Notes: generated by a model not told the origin, from the sequence alone. DNA of 64,000 nt from Promethearchaeota archaeon (GCA_019057795.1 JAHLWS010000078.1:64001-128000); one strand, 5' to 3'; shown: positions 20,396 to 31,437, numbered from the stretch's first letter. A program made the numbers and translations.

Positions 20396-21265
20396 ATGTC
20401 TTTAGGTGTTAAATTAAAGAGTATTTTAGGATATTATCGGGAACAGATTACATTGGTAATGGATGTAATGTTTTCAACATATTATATTTTAAAAAATGAA
20501 TATATTCAGATTAGAGATCTATTAAATAGCGAGGATTATAAAAAGAGTTATACAGAATATGCAAAAATAATAAATCAACTTGAAAATAGTGCTGATGGAA
20601 CTGGTATATATTTATCTAAACAACACCACGAAATGTTAGAGAAACACCGTGAAATGAGAAGAAATATCCCTAAATCAGAACATTTAATGAATATGACTCT
20701 CGTTTATCTCATGGCACTTTTTGAAGGTTTTAATAAAAAGTTCTTTCAAACATTGCTAATAAATAAACCTGAACAAATGAAAAACAGAAAAAAAAAAATT
20801 AATTATGAAAAATTAGTTGAATTTGATTCTATAGATAAATTGCATAAATATTTAGCAGAAGAAATAACAAATAAATTAGGATATAAGGATATCGATAAGT
20901 TTAAAAACTTTTTATCAGAGCAGTATACTATAAATTTGGATAAAGAGTTTGAAAATTGGGAAGCCTTAAGGGATAATTATTACAGAAGAAATATTATAGT
21001 TCATAATAATGGTCGTATTTCTGAATTATGTATTAAAAAGTTAAATATATCACCAGACCTTTTGAATAGTAAACCTATTATGAATATTGATTATTTAACT
21101 GGAGCTTCTAATAACCTTAAAAGCTATATGGATTTTATATTCATAACTATTAAGGTAAAGTTCAAACTAGACACATCAGTAAGAAGATTTGCTCCCTTTC
21201 CTCCTAATTTTGATAAACCAATGGTTGTTAAAAGGGGAAAAGATGAGATTTTTAATGATGATTGA
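20396..21265 (+). CDS. HEPN-domain protein
   Basis: LVYLMALFE...RRNIIVHNNG. Confidence 0.7.
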   Translation: MSLGVKLKSILGYYREQITLVMDVMFSTYYILKNEYIQIRDLLNSEDYKKSYTEYAKIINQLENSADGTGIYLSKQHHEMLEKHREMRRNIPKSEHLMNMTLVYLMALFEGFNKKFFQTLLINKPEQMKNRKKKINYEKLVEFDSIDKLHKYLAEEITNKLGYKDIDKFKNFLSEQYTINLDKEFENWEALRDNYYRRNIIVHNNGRISELCIKKLNISPDLLNSKPIMNIDYLTGASNNLKSYMDFIFITIKVKFKLDTSVRRFAPFPPNFDKPMVVKRGKDEIFNDD

Positions 21266-21463
21266 GAATATGTCCAAAAATAAGAATTTCCTAAAACAGA
21301 TGGATAATAGATAATGATTTTGTCGCAATTTTGATTGAAAGGTAAATTCAGAGTCTGATTTCGAAGGAAATTTAGTGAAAATTCTATAAAAGAAAAGATA
21401 TTATCTAAATACAAATCGAATTCTAAAGAAATATAATCAAAAGGTAATTCCATATAATTACTA

Positions 21464-22285
21464 TTATTTTTTTGTCTTAAGTAGCAGTTCATTATGACTT
21501 TTATATAAGTCAAGCAATTTTATTGAATTTGACAAAATTCCTAATGAATCTGCAACATTAGGGAAAAAAAGCAATTCATGTGTTAATAAATTTCTCGCTA
21601 ATTTAATATATGAGAGAAAATTGCTCTGATATTTTTTTTCATTTTTCTCAATTATACCTTTATTAATACAATCTATTGAAATTAATTCTATGTAGCTTTT
21701 TTTGCTTTTCTTATTCTCATTCTCTTCAATTAGCTCTTTATCAATCTTAAATTGATCTAATGTATATGATATTACACGACTTGCAAACAGTACAGAACAT
21801 AAAATATTTCCTTTTTCAAACATTTCTATTGATATCTCTATGTTTTTTATAATACCTAAGTCCGGTATTTGTAAATCTTCTAATTGCTCTCTTAATGAAC
21901 TTAAATCGTTTTTAATTTGAGGTGTAACTTCTTTTGGTTTTTCTTCTTCTAATAATCCTAGAATCTTTTCACATTCAGCAATTAATGGTATTAATTGCCC
22001 ATAATTGAACTTTCTCTCACTATAAGAATCGATAAATGAAATTTCTTTAATGAATTCAAAATGATTTTTGTCTAAAATATATCTTAGGAACTTTAAATTC
22101 TCATTAAAGGATTTAATTATCCCACATGATACCTCAGATGTAACTGCTAGATAAGCATCTTCAAAACTACGCTTAGATTTATTTGCCGAGTTAAGAACTG
22201 CAAAAGTATTTTTTTTTATGGAACTATATAATGCTTTTAAAGCCTTTTTGCTTTTGAGTTCTTTCTTATTCTCATTATCAGTCAT
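21464..22285 (-). CDS. HEPN-domain protein
   Basis: C-terminal ARNLLTH. Confidence 0.65.
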   Translation of the reverse strand: MTDNENKKELKSKKALKALYSSIKKNTFAVLNSANKSKRSFEDAYLAVTSEVSCGIIKSFNENLKFLRYILDKNHFEFIKEISFIDSYSERKFNYGQLIPLIAECEKILGLLEEEKPKEVTPQIKNDLSSLREQLEDLQIPDLGIIKNIEISIEMFEKGNILCSVLFASRVISYTLDQFKIDKELIEENENKKSKKSYIELISIDCINKGIIEKNEKKYQSNFLSYIKLARNLLTHELLFFPNVADSLGILSNSIKLLDLYKSHNELLLKTKK

Positions 22286-22396
22286 AAATAAAACCCCATT
22301 TTCTTTAGTCTATTAGATTCTCTTACTTTTAGTTTCACAATTTATTATGATTAAACTTTTGTCTTTTATTTTATTTAATTACAAATATTATTTAGC

Positions 22397-22458
22397 TACA
22401 ATAGACATATATATTTTTCCCATTTTCTTTCCTGCTGTGGTGCCCCCTCCTAAAAAAG
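22397..22458 (+). repeat. Site A copy 10 (internally deleted long form)
   Basis: CAATAGACATATATATTTTTCC...GTGGTGCCCCCTCCTAAAAAAG. Confidence 0.85.
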
Positions 22459-22799
22459 CATGTGTAGAAAGACCTCAAAAAAGCAAGATCTTCTAATTAC
22501 TACTTATACTTTCTTCTCCCTCTACTACTGAGCTAATAATTTCAGTTGAAATTAAAGTGAAAAAGTGATTCTTATCAGTAAGACCTTAAATCAAGGCTAA
22601 AGATTCAATAAAGGGGTTATATAATTATATTCTACCACTTATATTAAAAAAAGTATTACTAGAAGGAATTTGTGTTTTTACATATGTATTGATTAAAAAA
22701 TCTTCTCTTCTTAATTTACTTAGATCCATGTTGTTATATTATCTAGATTTAAAAGATTTAATAATTCAATATGATTGATATATTAAATAAGGTTTTTTT

Positions 22800-23954
22800 A
22801 TGGAATTAAATTATAAGATAATTGAAATTACAACCGAAGCAGCACTCAAAGATGCTTTATTTACACTTAGTGGAAAAGATAAATATTTCTTATATAGAGG
22901 TCAAAGTAATAATAATTGGTCGCTCCAGACCTCCTTAGAGAGAAAATTGGAAAATCTTAATAAAACCGAAATGGATATCGGAAAATATGAAAAGCTGGTT
23001 GTTGAAGAGTGTCAAAATAAGGATTCAAACTCATCTCCAATAGAAATAATTTCTAAAATACAACATTATGGGGGTGCTACTAGACTAATTGATTTTACAC
23101 ATCATTTTCCTGTAGCTGTGTTTTTTGCTTTTTGTGACTTTCCTTCACAAAATGTATCAATATGGGCAATATCAAGAAGAGATATACCATATATTAGTTA
23201 TAAACAATTAGAATATAATAAGGGAGATTTAGATTTATTTGAAATTGATTTTCAAAGAAGAGATCAAGAGGAAAAAGTCTGGGATTTTTATATTGATGAA
23301 TTTGTTTTTAGCAGTTTTACTAATATTAGGGATTTTATTAATAGTAAGATGGAAGATTACCCTGAGGAGTTGAAAAAATTTAAAATAGGATCCCTGGATT
23401 TATTAGCAAGTAAAGAAGATGAATTTAATTGGCAGTATCAAATGGAGCATGGAATTGAAAGTTGGGTAGTTAGATTAAATGAATTGAGTCCTAGAGACAA
23501 ATTTGTTCAAGAATCTTTAAAACAATATTGCAAAGACTTGGATAATGAACGATTATACAATCAAAGTGGATTATTTCTATTTGCTCCTAATAACAATTAT
23601 AGTTTTGAAAAAAACCTTTTTTTAGGAAAAACATGGAAAGAGCTTGAATCTAATATAATTAAAATAAAAAATCCAGATTTTAGTTAACTAGATGGCATTT
23701 GTTCTGATGTGTATAATTCATTTAGAGGTGTTATTAAATTTAATATCAGTCATTCTTTAACAAAATTTATTTTAAAGAATTTAAAAGAGGGAAAATATGA
23801 AATTTTACTACCCGATTTTTGGACTGGTGGGAATGAGAGAAAAAATAAAGAGATTGAAAATGTCAATTGGGATGGGTCTTCTATTTCCTTTCTGACATTA
23901 TTTCCAGATAAAATTGGATTTCATAAGGACTTAACTCATAAATTAATTGAATAG
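22800..23954 (+). pseudogene. FRG-domain gene interrupted by in-frame TAA (23685-23687)
   Basis: YRGQSN...SLER, QHYGGATRLIDFT, NERLYNQSGLF; ORF 23709..23954 is in the same frame and carries the family C-terminal TLFPD motif. Confidence 0.7.
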
Positions 23955-24033
23955 TATTAAAATGTTAAAACATGCGATTAATCAACATTTTTGGTTTTTT
24001 AAATTTGTAGTTTTTGGAGCAAAATTAAATAAA

Positions 24034-24273
24034 TTAAAAAATATTGACCCATATATCTTTAGGATCTTTTATTACTTTCTGTTCTTCATCTAAAATCCCT
24101 TCAAGCCGTAATTTTTGATTAATATCCAAGTTTACTTGTAGTTTGCTTACAGAACCTACACTAGGGATGCAGATTTTATAAATTTCTTCTTGTATTTTTA
24201 ATTGAATTTCTACATTAAATCCCCTGTCATAGGATGCGTTTTGGATAATTCCTTCAATTTTTATTCTTTTCAA
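24034..24273 (-). CDS. Small hypothetical protein (OB-fold-like)
   Basis: 79 aa, alternating beta pattern. Confidence 0.4.
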   Translation of the reverse strand: MKRIKIEGIIQNASYDRGFNVEIQLKIQEEIYKICIPSVGSVSKLQVNLDINQKLRLEGILDEEQKVIKDPKDIWVNIF

Positions 24274-24468
24274 AGCATTTCCACATTTTTTTTATTTTTT
24301 GACATTTCAAGAAATAAAAATTATCTGATTTAAATATATCTGATAGATTCCACACCCCATAATTATTTTAAATTGTGATTATTATTGCTACTTCGCAACT
24401 ATTAATTCCTTAGTAGATTATATATATTTTTTTTCATTCATATAAAAGTAAAATATTTAAAATGGAAA

Positions 24469-25344
24469 ATGAGCAAAAATTACCAAATACTTCGGAATGT
24501 ACTCTTTAAATGCATTAAATGTCACAAAACTCTGAATTGTGAAGACATTTATACATTTTTAGAAGATAATATTAGTCAGATTAGAAAAGAATATGAAGAA
24601 AACATTAGATATATGATTCTTGAAGATCAGTATGTCGAAGATCCCTATGAATGCCCCATTTATGGTAGAAAGGAATTTAAATGTCCGCAATGTGGTAAAG
24701 AACTTAAAATTAAAATTGTTTTTTCTGCTTATGACAAGGAAATTTGCTCATTTTATGATATTAAGGGAGTTATACCTTTCTTTCCATTTCAAGTTTTAAT
24801 GGGGGCAAATATTAAGGAATTAATTTTAGAATTAATATTTCGCTGGATTCATATCGCGAAGAGAATTGATATAGTAACTCCTTATCTTGATCGATATGGA
24901 TATAATTTTTTAAGAAAACTACCAAGTTTTATTTATTATTATGATGATAAATCATTCATAAATATAATTACTAGAAAAGGTAAGAGAGCAACAAAAACCA
25001 AAAATGGTAAAATCATTTATGGAGAGACCGGAAAGGTGTTATTAGATAGATTATTTAAAGAAGAAGATTGTAAAACTTGCAGAGCTAATAACCCAATTAT
25101 CTCGTATGGTGATTGTATTGGGTGTATTAAATTAAGTAATCATTTAAAGTTAAAAATACCTAATATATCTCGCTCTCATTTTCACGCAAAATGGTATGCA
25201 GGTATTATAGGTAATACAGTTGAAATAATTATTACATCTCATAATTTAACTAAAATAGGTAAACTTCAACCAGAAACAGTTGGTTTATTGATTATCGATA
25301 CCATTGATTATGAAAAAAAATTCCTTTCAAAACTAAAGATTTAA
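24469..25344 (+). CDS. Zinc-finger plus phospholipase D-like nuclease domain protein
   Basis: CxxC pairs; IDIVTPYL...HFHAKWY...IITSHNLT. Confidence 0.7.
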   Translation: MSKNYQILRNVLFKCIKCHKTLNCEDIYTFLEDNISQIRKEYEENIRYMILEDQYVEDPYECPIYGRKEFKCPQCGKELKIKIVFSAYDKEICSFYDIKGVIPFFPFQVLMGANIKELILELIFRWIHIAKRIDIVTPYLDRYGYNFLRKLPSFIYYYDDKSFINIITRKGKRATKTKNGKIIYGETGKVLLDRLFKEEDCKTCRANNPIISYGDCIGCIKLSNHLKLKIPNISRSHFHAKWYAGIIGNTVEIIITSHNLTKIGKLQPETVGLLIIDTIDYEKKFLSKLKI

Positions 25345-25476
25345 TAACAATTTCGCCTATTAGAAATGTACGTTTGTCACCACCTTTTCTATGTTAGCAT
25401 AAAATGCTCCAAAGTATAAGTTGTAGATGGTAAGATAAAAAGCAAGCACTTGTTTAGTGTTTATATTATGTGAAAA

Positions 25477-25731
25477 TTAATAACTTGTTTTATCTTTTTG
25501 GCTTCTAATTATCAGAGCAAAAGAGTCAACAATAATATCCTTTAAATCATCACTTATAGGAAGAAGTAATAAATTCTGATATTTATCACAAAGGCTATTA
25601 AAGATTTCTTTTGTACTTTTAAGCTCAGCTTTTTTAATAGCTTCTCCATATCTTAATTTTATTTGTTTTTTTGTTTCCTTATTGAGGTCTTCTTCAAATC
25701 GATGCATTAAATTCTCAAAAAAATTAGACAT
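25477..25731 (-). CDS. Small hypothetical protein
   Basis: 84-aa ORF downstream of site A copy 11. Confidence 0.45.
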   Translation of the reverse strand: MSNFFENLMHRFEEDLNKETKKQIKLRYGEAIKKAELKSTKEIFNSLCDKYQNLLLLPISDDLKDIIVDSFALIIRSQKDKTSY

Positions 25732-25860
25732 TAATTATTCACTCTTAGAACAGCAAAAAAACTTATCATTTTAATTTTATAATAAAACTATTTTGATAAT
25801 AAAAAACCCTTATAGACAATGAATTTATTAATTTTTTCTATTTTTTTTCTCCCTATTATT

Positions 25861-25899
25861 ATCTCCCTCCCCCGTGGCGCCCCCTCCTAAAAAAGTAGG
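25861..25899 (+). repeat. Site A copy 11
   Basis: ATCTCCCTCCCCCGTGGCGCCCCCTCCTAAAAAAGTAGG. Confidence 0.95.
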
Positions 25900-25989
25900 T
25901 ATAGAATGATTTTAAATAACTCAAAAATAAGACAAATTTAAATTATCTTAATCCAAATTCTTTATATAAGTAAACATGAGGATGATTAT

Positions 25990-26913
25990 ATGATATCAAA
26001 GAAGAATAGCATTTGGAAATATATTTATGAAATGTTTAATAAAAGTGTTAGTGAATTAAATTCTCTTTATAATCATCCAGGTATAAAAGGACGAGAAAAT
26101 GAGGATGTTCTCATCAAGTTCCTGAAATCATTTTTACCAAGAAAATATGAGTTAACACAAAGCAAAGTTTTACTTGATAGAAATGGAAAAGAATCAACTG
26201 AGAAGGATATAATTATTTGGAACTCAGCTGAATACCCTCGTATCTTTTCAGAAACAGAATATTTCCTTATTGAAAGTGTTTCAATGTGTATAGAAGTAAA
26301 AACAACTTTAAGGAATGAAAATCTAAAAGAAACCCTTTTAAAAATCAGAGATTTAAGAAGAATGAATTATTTTAAAAGGTTGGATGGTGATCCACGATGG
26401 CAAGTACACCCCCCGCTTAATTTCATTTTCACTTATGATACAATCTGGAAGAAGTTTGGTTCAATTTTAAATTATATTACTAAGATTGTAAAAGAGAATG
26501 ATATAAAACCTAGTGAACGCTTTGATTATCTCTATATTATGCGGAAGGGAATATCATTTAACTGGGATCTCCCAGATTCCCCAACAACAAGAGGTATAGT
26601 AGATTTTTCAAAAAAATATGGGGGGAAAATACCATATAATCCTCGATGGCCTCAATTTTTTCCATCAAAACTTATAAAAGACTGCCCTATAATTTTATAT
26701 GAAAACCAAATGTGGCAAAAAGAGGGATTTAGAGAAGGATTCTTTAATGATTTAACAATAGAAAACCAAATTAAAGGTATAATTAGTTTTCTATCAAAAC
26801 TTTGTCAGTCCCTTGAAGATCAACGACTCTTCCATTCGCATAGTCTTGTTGTTTTTAGTATCCCTAATATGAAAACATCAAAGGGAGGAAGGTGTTCTGC
26901 TGAACCTTTTTAA
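25990..26913 (+). CDS. DUF6602/NucC-like restriction-fold endonuclease
   Basis: HPGIKGRENEDVLIKFLKSFLP...KDIIIWN...IESVSMCIEVKTTL. Confidence 0.7.
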   Translation: MISKKNSIWKYIYEMFNKSVSELNSLYNHPGIKGRENEDVLIKFLKSFLPRKYELTQSKVLLDRNGKESTEKDIIIWNSAEYPRIFSETEYFLIESVSMCIEVKTTLRNENLKETLLKIRDLRRMNYFKRLDGDPRWQVHPPLNFIFTYDTIWKKFGSILNYITKIVKENDIKPSERFDYLYIMRKGISFNWDLPDSPTTRGIVDFSKKYGGKIPYNPRWPQFFPSKLIKDCPIILYENQMWQKEGFREGFFNDLTIENQIKGIISFLSKLCQSLEDQRLFHSHSLVVFSIPNMKTSKGGRCSAEPF

Positions 26914-26934
26914 ATCTTTTTTTCTCTCTTTATC

Positions 26935-26975
26935 ATCTCCCTCCCCCGTGGTGCCCCCTCCTAATTAGTAGGAGA
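26935..26975 (+). repeat. Site A copy 12
   Basis: ATCTCCCTCCCCCGTGGTGCCCCCTCCTAATTAGTAGGAG. Confidence 0.95.
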
Positions 26976-27071
26976 AAATTAAATCAAAATTTATTTTATA
27001 TAAAATGGAAAACCTGTTAATAAGATAAGTGATCATCTGAATAATAAGCCTATTATGAATATTGATTATCT

Positions 27072-27215
27072 TACATAACATTTTGGGAGAGTTTAATCTT
27101 GCAATATATTCTTTTAATCCTATTTTAATAAAAAATATTTATAAGCATTACTTTTTTGTTAAATTAAAAGCATAATTATAGATCCTTAGATCTGAAAACT
27201 TAATTAAAATAAAAA
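27072..27215 (+). repeat. Second copy of the ~145-bp leader
   Basis: Near-identical to 16201-16344. Confidence 0.9.
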
Positions 27216-27224
27216 TTAAATAAG

Positions 27225-29819
27225 ATGTCTGAATTTAATCCATTTCCTAAAAATAATACTTTAAATGAGATAGAAGAATTAAAAAAAAGATTCTTAGAAA
27301 TAAAAGAATCTCTTAATTCTATTACTAATTTAGAAGAAAAATATAAAAAGATATGGGAATTAAAAGATATTTCTCGAAAAATTAAGCTTAAATATTCATT
27401 TCTCAACAATTTAAAGCAAGCTAATTATAAAGAGCAATATAATAATTGGCTTCGGGAAGAAATTTTTTATTTTGAAACTTGTCTTAAAATGCAACTTAAT
27501 CATCTAGGTGTTCTTAGAATTGATTATAGACTTTTTCTCGACTGTGCAACATTAGAATATGAATACTTTATTGTTCTAGAAAAGGAATGTTCCCAAGAAT
27601 TTCTTGGTTTTACTTTGGATTCTATAAATTTACATTTATCACCTCATTTGACCTTGATACATCAAAACCTAAATAATTCAATACTTTATATTTTAGGTGA
27701 AATCCCAAGGTTAAAAGAAGGAGATAATTATACATTTTTCATTGAATATGAAATTCTTGGTAATCTCTATCTCCAACTCTTTAATTTTTTATCAAAATTT
27801 TATTCAGTATCATCTGGTTATACGGACATTGTTTTAAGATTGAGTTATCATTATTATTTACAGTCTATCCATTATCTAGACATACTAAATCGACAAAACC
27901 CTCAAACCCATCATATGGGCGTAAATGGAAGTAGAATTAACTTTTTCCCTTTATACTATGAATTTTTTCAAGAAGAAGGGATTTCAAGAAATAATGTGAG
28001 AGAAAAGGTAAATTATATGTTAAAAAAGTTTAATATCTTGGTTGAAAATAATGTTCTTGACAGTTTAGAAAGAGATTTAGAGGATTCTAATAAATATTTT
28101 GACAATAAAAATTATGAAGAAGCACTTCAAGGATATAACAATATTTTAAAATTAAAACCATTAGACTTTTCTGTATGGCTTAAGAAATGTACCACTTTAT
28201 TTAAATTAAAAAGAGATGATGATGCAGAAAAGTGTGTAAAGTATTTATTACAGACTGATCCAATAGATTGGGAATTGTTAAAGAAAGCTCTAAATCTTCT
28301 AATAAAATATGAAAGAAAAAACCTTGCACTCAAATATATTGAAATACATGGTAAAAAAGATTCAGAAGAAAATGAATATCTAAAGAGTTTAGGAAGGATT
28401 TATTTTAATTTAGATAGATATGAAAAAGCAGAAGAAATCTATGAAAAAGCCCTCAATATTTCTAATACAGACTTAGATGTTATAATTGCACTATCTCAAT
28501 GTAAAATCATTGGTGGTGAATTCGATTTAGCAATGGAACTAATTAAAAAAGGTAAAAGTTTCAAACCAGATGATCCAAAAATAAATGAATTATCATCTGA
28601 ATTAGAAAAAATAAAAAAAGCTCGAAAAATCATTAAAGATTTAAAGAGATTTTATGATGAGATTCAATTTGATATTATTTTGGAAAAAACTGATATAGAC
28701 CAATCTTTATTAATTAGAATTCTTGAATCGATGATTAAAAAACAAGAAATTAACGCTAAGATTAGAAGTAATTCACTAATTTTTATTGCAGAAACAAAAG
28801 TGGAAAAGCCAAAACAAATACAATCTAAAGGAATCTTTATAGGTCGGGGTGGTTATTGGGAAGTAAATCAATTTCATTTTAAAATTAAATTAAAGAATAA
28901 CAGTAGTAATGTTATTACAAATATTCGAATTATTTTAGACAAATTTCCCGAGATGTTAAAATTAGAAGGTCAAGAGTTAATGAGAATCTCTCATTTAGAA
29001 CCAGAAGGGGGATTATGGACACCTGAGTTTAAATTATATGCTGGTGATGATTGTGTTTCAGGAAAAATTCATGCAAGTATTAAATTCTTCGATTCATCAG
29101 GTAAAAGTATTGATTATGAAGTAGAACCCCTTGAAATCTCTTATATTTGCCCCCTCCTTGAAGCCAAAAATCTTAATGAAATTAATTACTTAAGACGGAC
29201 GAAAAAGATGAATAAATTAGAAAAAGAAATACAACTTAATGTAGATTATGATCCCTCAAAACTTTTAGAAGAGATTACAAATAAAATGGAGAAAATGAAT
29301 CTTGCAATTATAAAACACGATGAAAATATTAATAGTTTATATGGTTATGCAGAAGATAAGATTAATCATGATGGACTCGCATTGGAAACGGAAATTAAGA
29401 GCTTAATTGATGGACAAACGAAAATAATCATAAAAGCGATTTGTGAAAAAGAAAATAAATGTGCTTCATTATTACATAAAGCAGTAGGAGAAATCACCGA
29501 GCTTGAGTTATCTTTAGAAAAGTCAATGATTATAGATAAACTAAATATGTTTATTGATAAACCTAATGACCTAAATAAATATATTAAGAAAATTTTGAAA
29601 GCAAATTGGTCTGATGATAAAAAAGATCTATGGGCAAAAACGGTTCAAGAGATACTTGAAGATTGGAAAACTTTTAAACCAAAAAAATGGGTTAAAATTG
29701 GCAAAGCTATCTTAAAATTTACGATCTCTACAATTGCAAGTGAAAAATTGGGGGATTTAATAACCTTTGGTTTTGAAAGATTATTTGAATGGATAACAAT
29801 AAATCTCGGAGAAGCTTGA
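27225..29819 (+). CDS. TPR-repeat and PCI-like domain protein
   Basis: TPRs (YEEALQGYNNILK, LGRIYFNLDRYEKAEEIYEKAL), PCI-like ILESMIKKQEINAKI, Ig-like/appendage C-terminal part. Confidence 0.75.
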   Translation: MSEFNPFPKNNTLNEIEELKKRFLEIKESLNSITNLEEKYKKIWELKDISRKIKLKYSFLNNLKQANYKEQYNNWLREEIFYFETCLKMQLNHLGVLRIDYRLFLDCATLEYEYFIVLEKECSQEFLGFTLDSINLHLSPHLTLIHQNLNNSILYILGEIPRLKEGDNYTFFIEYEILGNLYLQLFNFLSKFYSVSSGYTDIVLRLSYHYYLQSIHYLDILNRQNPQTHHMGVNGSRINFFPLYYEFFQEEGISRNNVREKVNYMLKKFNILVENNVLDSLERDLEDSNKYFDNKNYEEALQGYNNILKLKPLDFSVWLKKCTTLFKLKRDDDAEKCVKYLLQTDPIDWELLKKALNLLIKYERKNLALKYIEIHGKKDSEENEYLKSLGRIYFNLDRYEKAEEIYEKALNISNTDLDVIIALSQCKIIGGEFDLAMELIKKGKSFKPDDPKINELSSELEKIKKARKIIKDLKRFYDEIQFDIILEKTDIDQSLLIRILESMIKKQEINAKIRSNSLIFIAETKVEKPKQIQSKGIFIGRGGYWEVNQFHFKIKLKNNSSNVITNIRIILDKFPEMLKLEGQELMRISHLEPEGGLWTPEFKLYAGDDCVSGKIHASIKFFDSSGKSIDYEVEPLEISYICPLLEAKNLNEINYLRRTKKMNKLEKEIQLNVDYDPSKLLEEITNKMEKMNLAIIKHDENINSLYGYAEDKINHDGLALETEIKSLIDGQTKIIIKAICEKENKCASLLHKAVGEITELELSLEKSMIIDKLNMFIDKPNDLNKYIKKILKANWSDDKKDLWAKTVQEILEDWKTFKPKKWVKIGKAILKFTISTIASEKLGDLITFGFERLFEWITINLGEA

Positions 29820-29975
29820 AAAAAATAAATATAAATTAGTTTTTTTGATTCATTATTTACGTTCTATAGAGGAAAGATATAGGAGAGTGCTCTTACATAG
29901 ATATTAGCGATGATAATTCTTCCAAATAATTGTCTTATGAATTTCGGATGATTGATTTTATATATATAAATATAG

Positions 29976-30551
29976 TTATTTGAATTTTTCAATTGCTTCA
30001 AATATCAATTCTTCCATATATTTCACACATGATTCACATATAGTTATCGGATCTTTTTTTTCCAATGATTTACCCTTATGTTGAGATGGTGGATTTTTAA
30101 TAGAAATATTAGTTAAAAATTTGCCGCCTTTGTTTATTGGAATTCGTCTCTCTTTAGGTGTTCCTTTGTTTATGGTCCAATAAATACCATCTTTATGAAT
30201 ACCAATCGTAGCATCTGGTGTAGGTTTAGGGTTTACATTTGATGTTGAGAAATGGTCAATATAAACACTAGTTCCTAAAACATTTTTTCCCTCATGGAAA
30301 TCCATAGTACGTGCTTCATGAATAAATCTAAGTAATTCATCTTTTCTCATCTCATCTTGTTTTTCCTTATACCATTCTTCAAAACCATTTATTTTTTTTC
30401 CTTCTTTTTGTAATGCATATGTAATTGCTCTTGAAGGACTTAGAAATGAATTATATAAAGCTTTAAAATTCATTGCATCTTTTGTTGATTTTAATTGATT
30501 TAAGATATTACGAGAGTCTTCTAATTTTGAATTTGTATTTCCAAATACCAA
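29976..30551 (-). CDS. HEPN-like protein
   Basis: SRAITYALQKE...FEEWY...ARTMDFHEG. Confidence 0.55.
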   Translation of the reverse strand: MVFGNTNSKLEDSRNILNQLKSTKDAMNFKALYNSFLSPSRAITYALQKEGKKINGFEEWYKEKQDEMRKDELLRFIHEARTMDFHEGKNVLGTSVYIDHFSTSNVNPKPTPDATIGIHKDGIYWTINKGTPKERRIPINKGGKFLTNISIKNPPSQHKGKSLEKKDPITICESCVKYMEELIFEAIEKFK

Positions 30552-30715
30552 TTTAATAATCCTCTTTAAAATTCTATCTTTATATAAAGGATACGGAATA
30601 GGGATATTTAATTTTGACTGAAATGTCTTTTTTTTTATCCTAATTTTTATGTGGAAGTTGATAAATTGAAAGAAAAATTCATGAAAGTATCAGAAAAAAT
30701 AAAGAGAATTAAAGT

Positions 30716-31348
30716 ATGAATAATGAAAAGAATGATCCAAAAATTAAAGAAATTTGGGAAATGTTATCTGGCTTTAATATATCAGAAATTCTTGGATTTA
30801 GAGTAGAGAATAATAAAGTAAACTATCGATATGCTCCAACGAGAACAGAGGCATTTACAATGCCATTTATTAAATTCAATTTTAATATAAATAAAGTAAT
30901 GAATACTTTGAATTTAGCAATCCTCTCTAAAAATGACGATTTTCACTACCATTCTCTAATGGACAATTCCCAAATATTATTGATAACTGCTTTTGAGGCA
31001 TATCTTGCTGAATTGATAAACTTTTTAAGAGAATCTGAAGGCTTGGAATTATTAGATCCAATAGAGTTAGAATTTCAAAAAAAACCCCGAATTAAAGCTG
31101 AATTTAAAGAATTAAATATTGACATTGCTCATATTAATGATGAGTTATGGAGGAGAATTTTTGCATCATTAGAAGAAGGAGGTTTGATAAAAGTAAGAAA
31201 TTCTATTGTTCATGATGGTTGGAATAATCTATGTGAGAAATTTAAATTGTTGGACTTTAAATATTTGAACTTCGCAGTCTTAACAATAGTCGAATTAATA
31301 TACAAATTGGATAGACACATTAATCGAATTTACGGAATTGTTTCTTAG
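30716..31348 (+). CDS. HEPN-domain protein
   Basis: LITAFEAYL...VRNSIVHDG. Confidence 0.7.
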   Translation: MNNEKNDPKIKEIWEMLSGFNISEILGFRVENNKVNYRYAPTRTEAFTMPFIKFNFNINKVMNTLNLAILSKNDDFHYHSLMDNSQILLITAFEAYLAELINFLRESEGLELLDPIELEFQKKPRIKAEFKELNIDIAHINDELWRRIFASLEEGGLIKVRNSIVHDGWNNLCEKFKLLDFKYLNFAVLTIVELIYKLDRHINRIYGIVS

Positions 31349-31437
31349 AAATCTTTAAAGTATTCTCAATCTCGTGTCAAACTCTCTTTTAAAACGAAAT
31401 GGAAAATAAAAATGAACATCCTGAAGACTTTTGAAAT

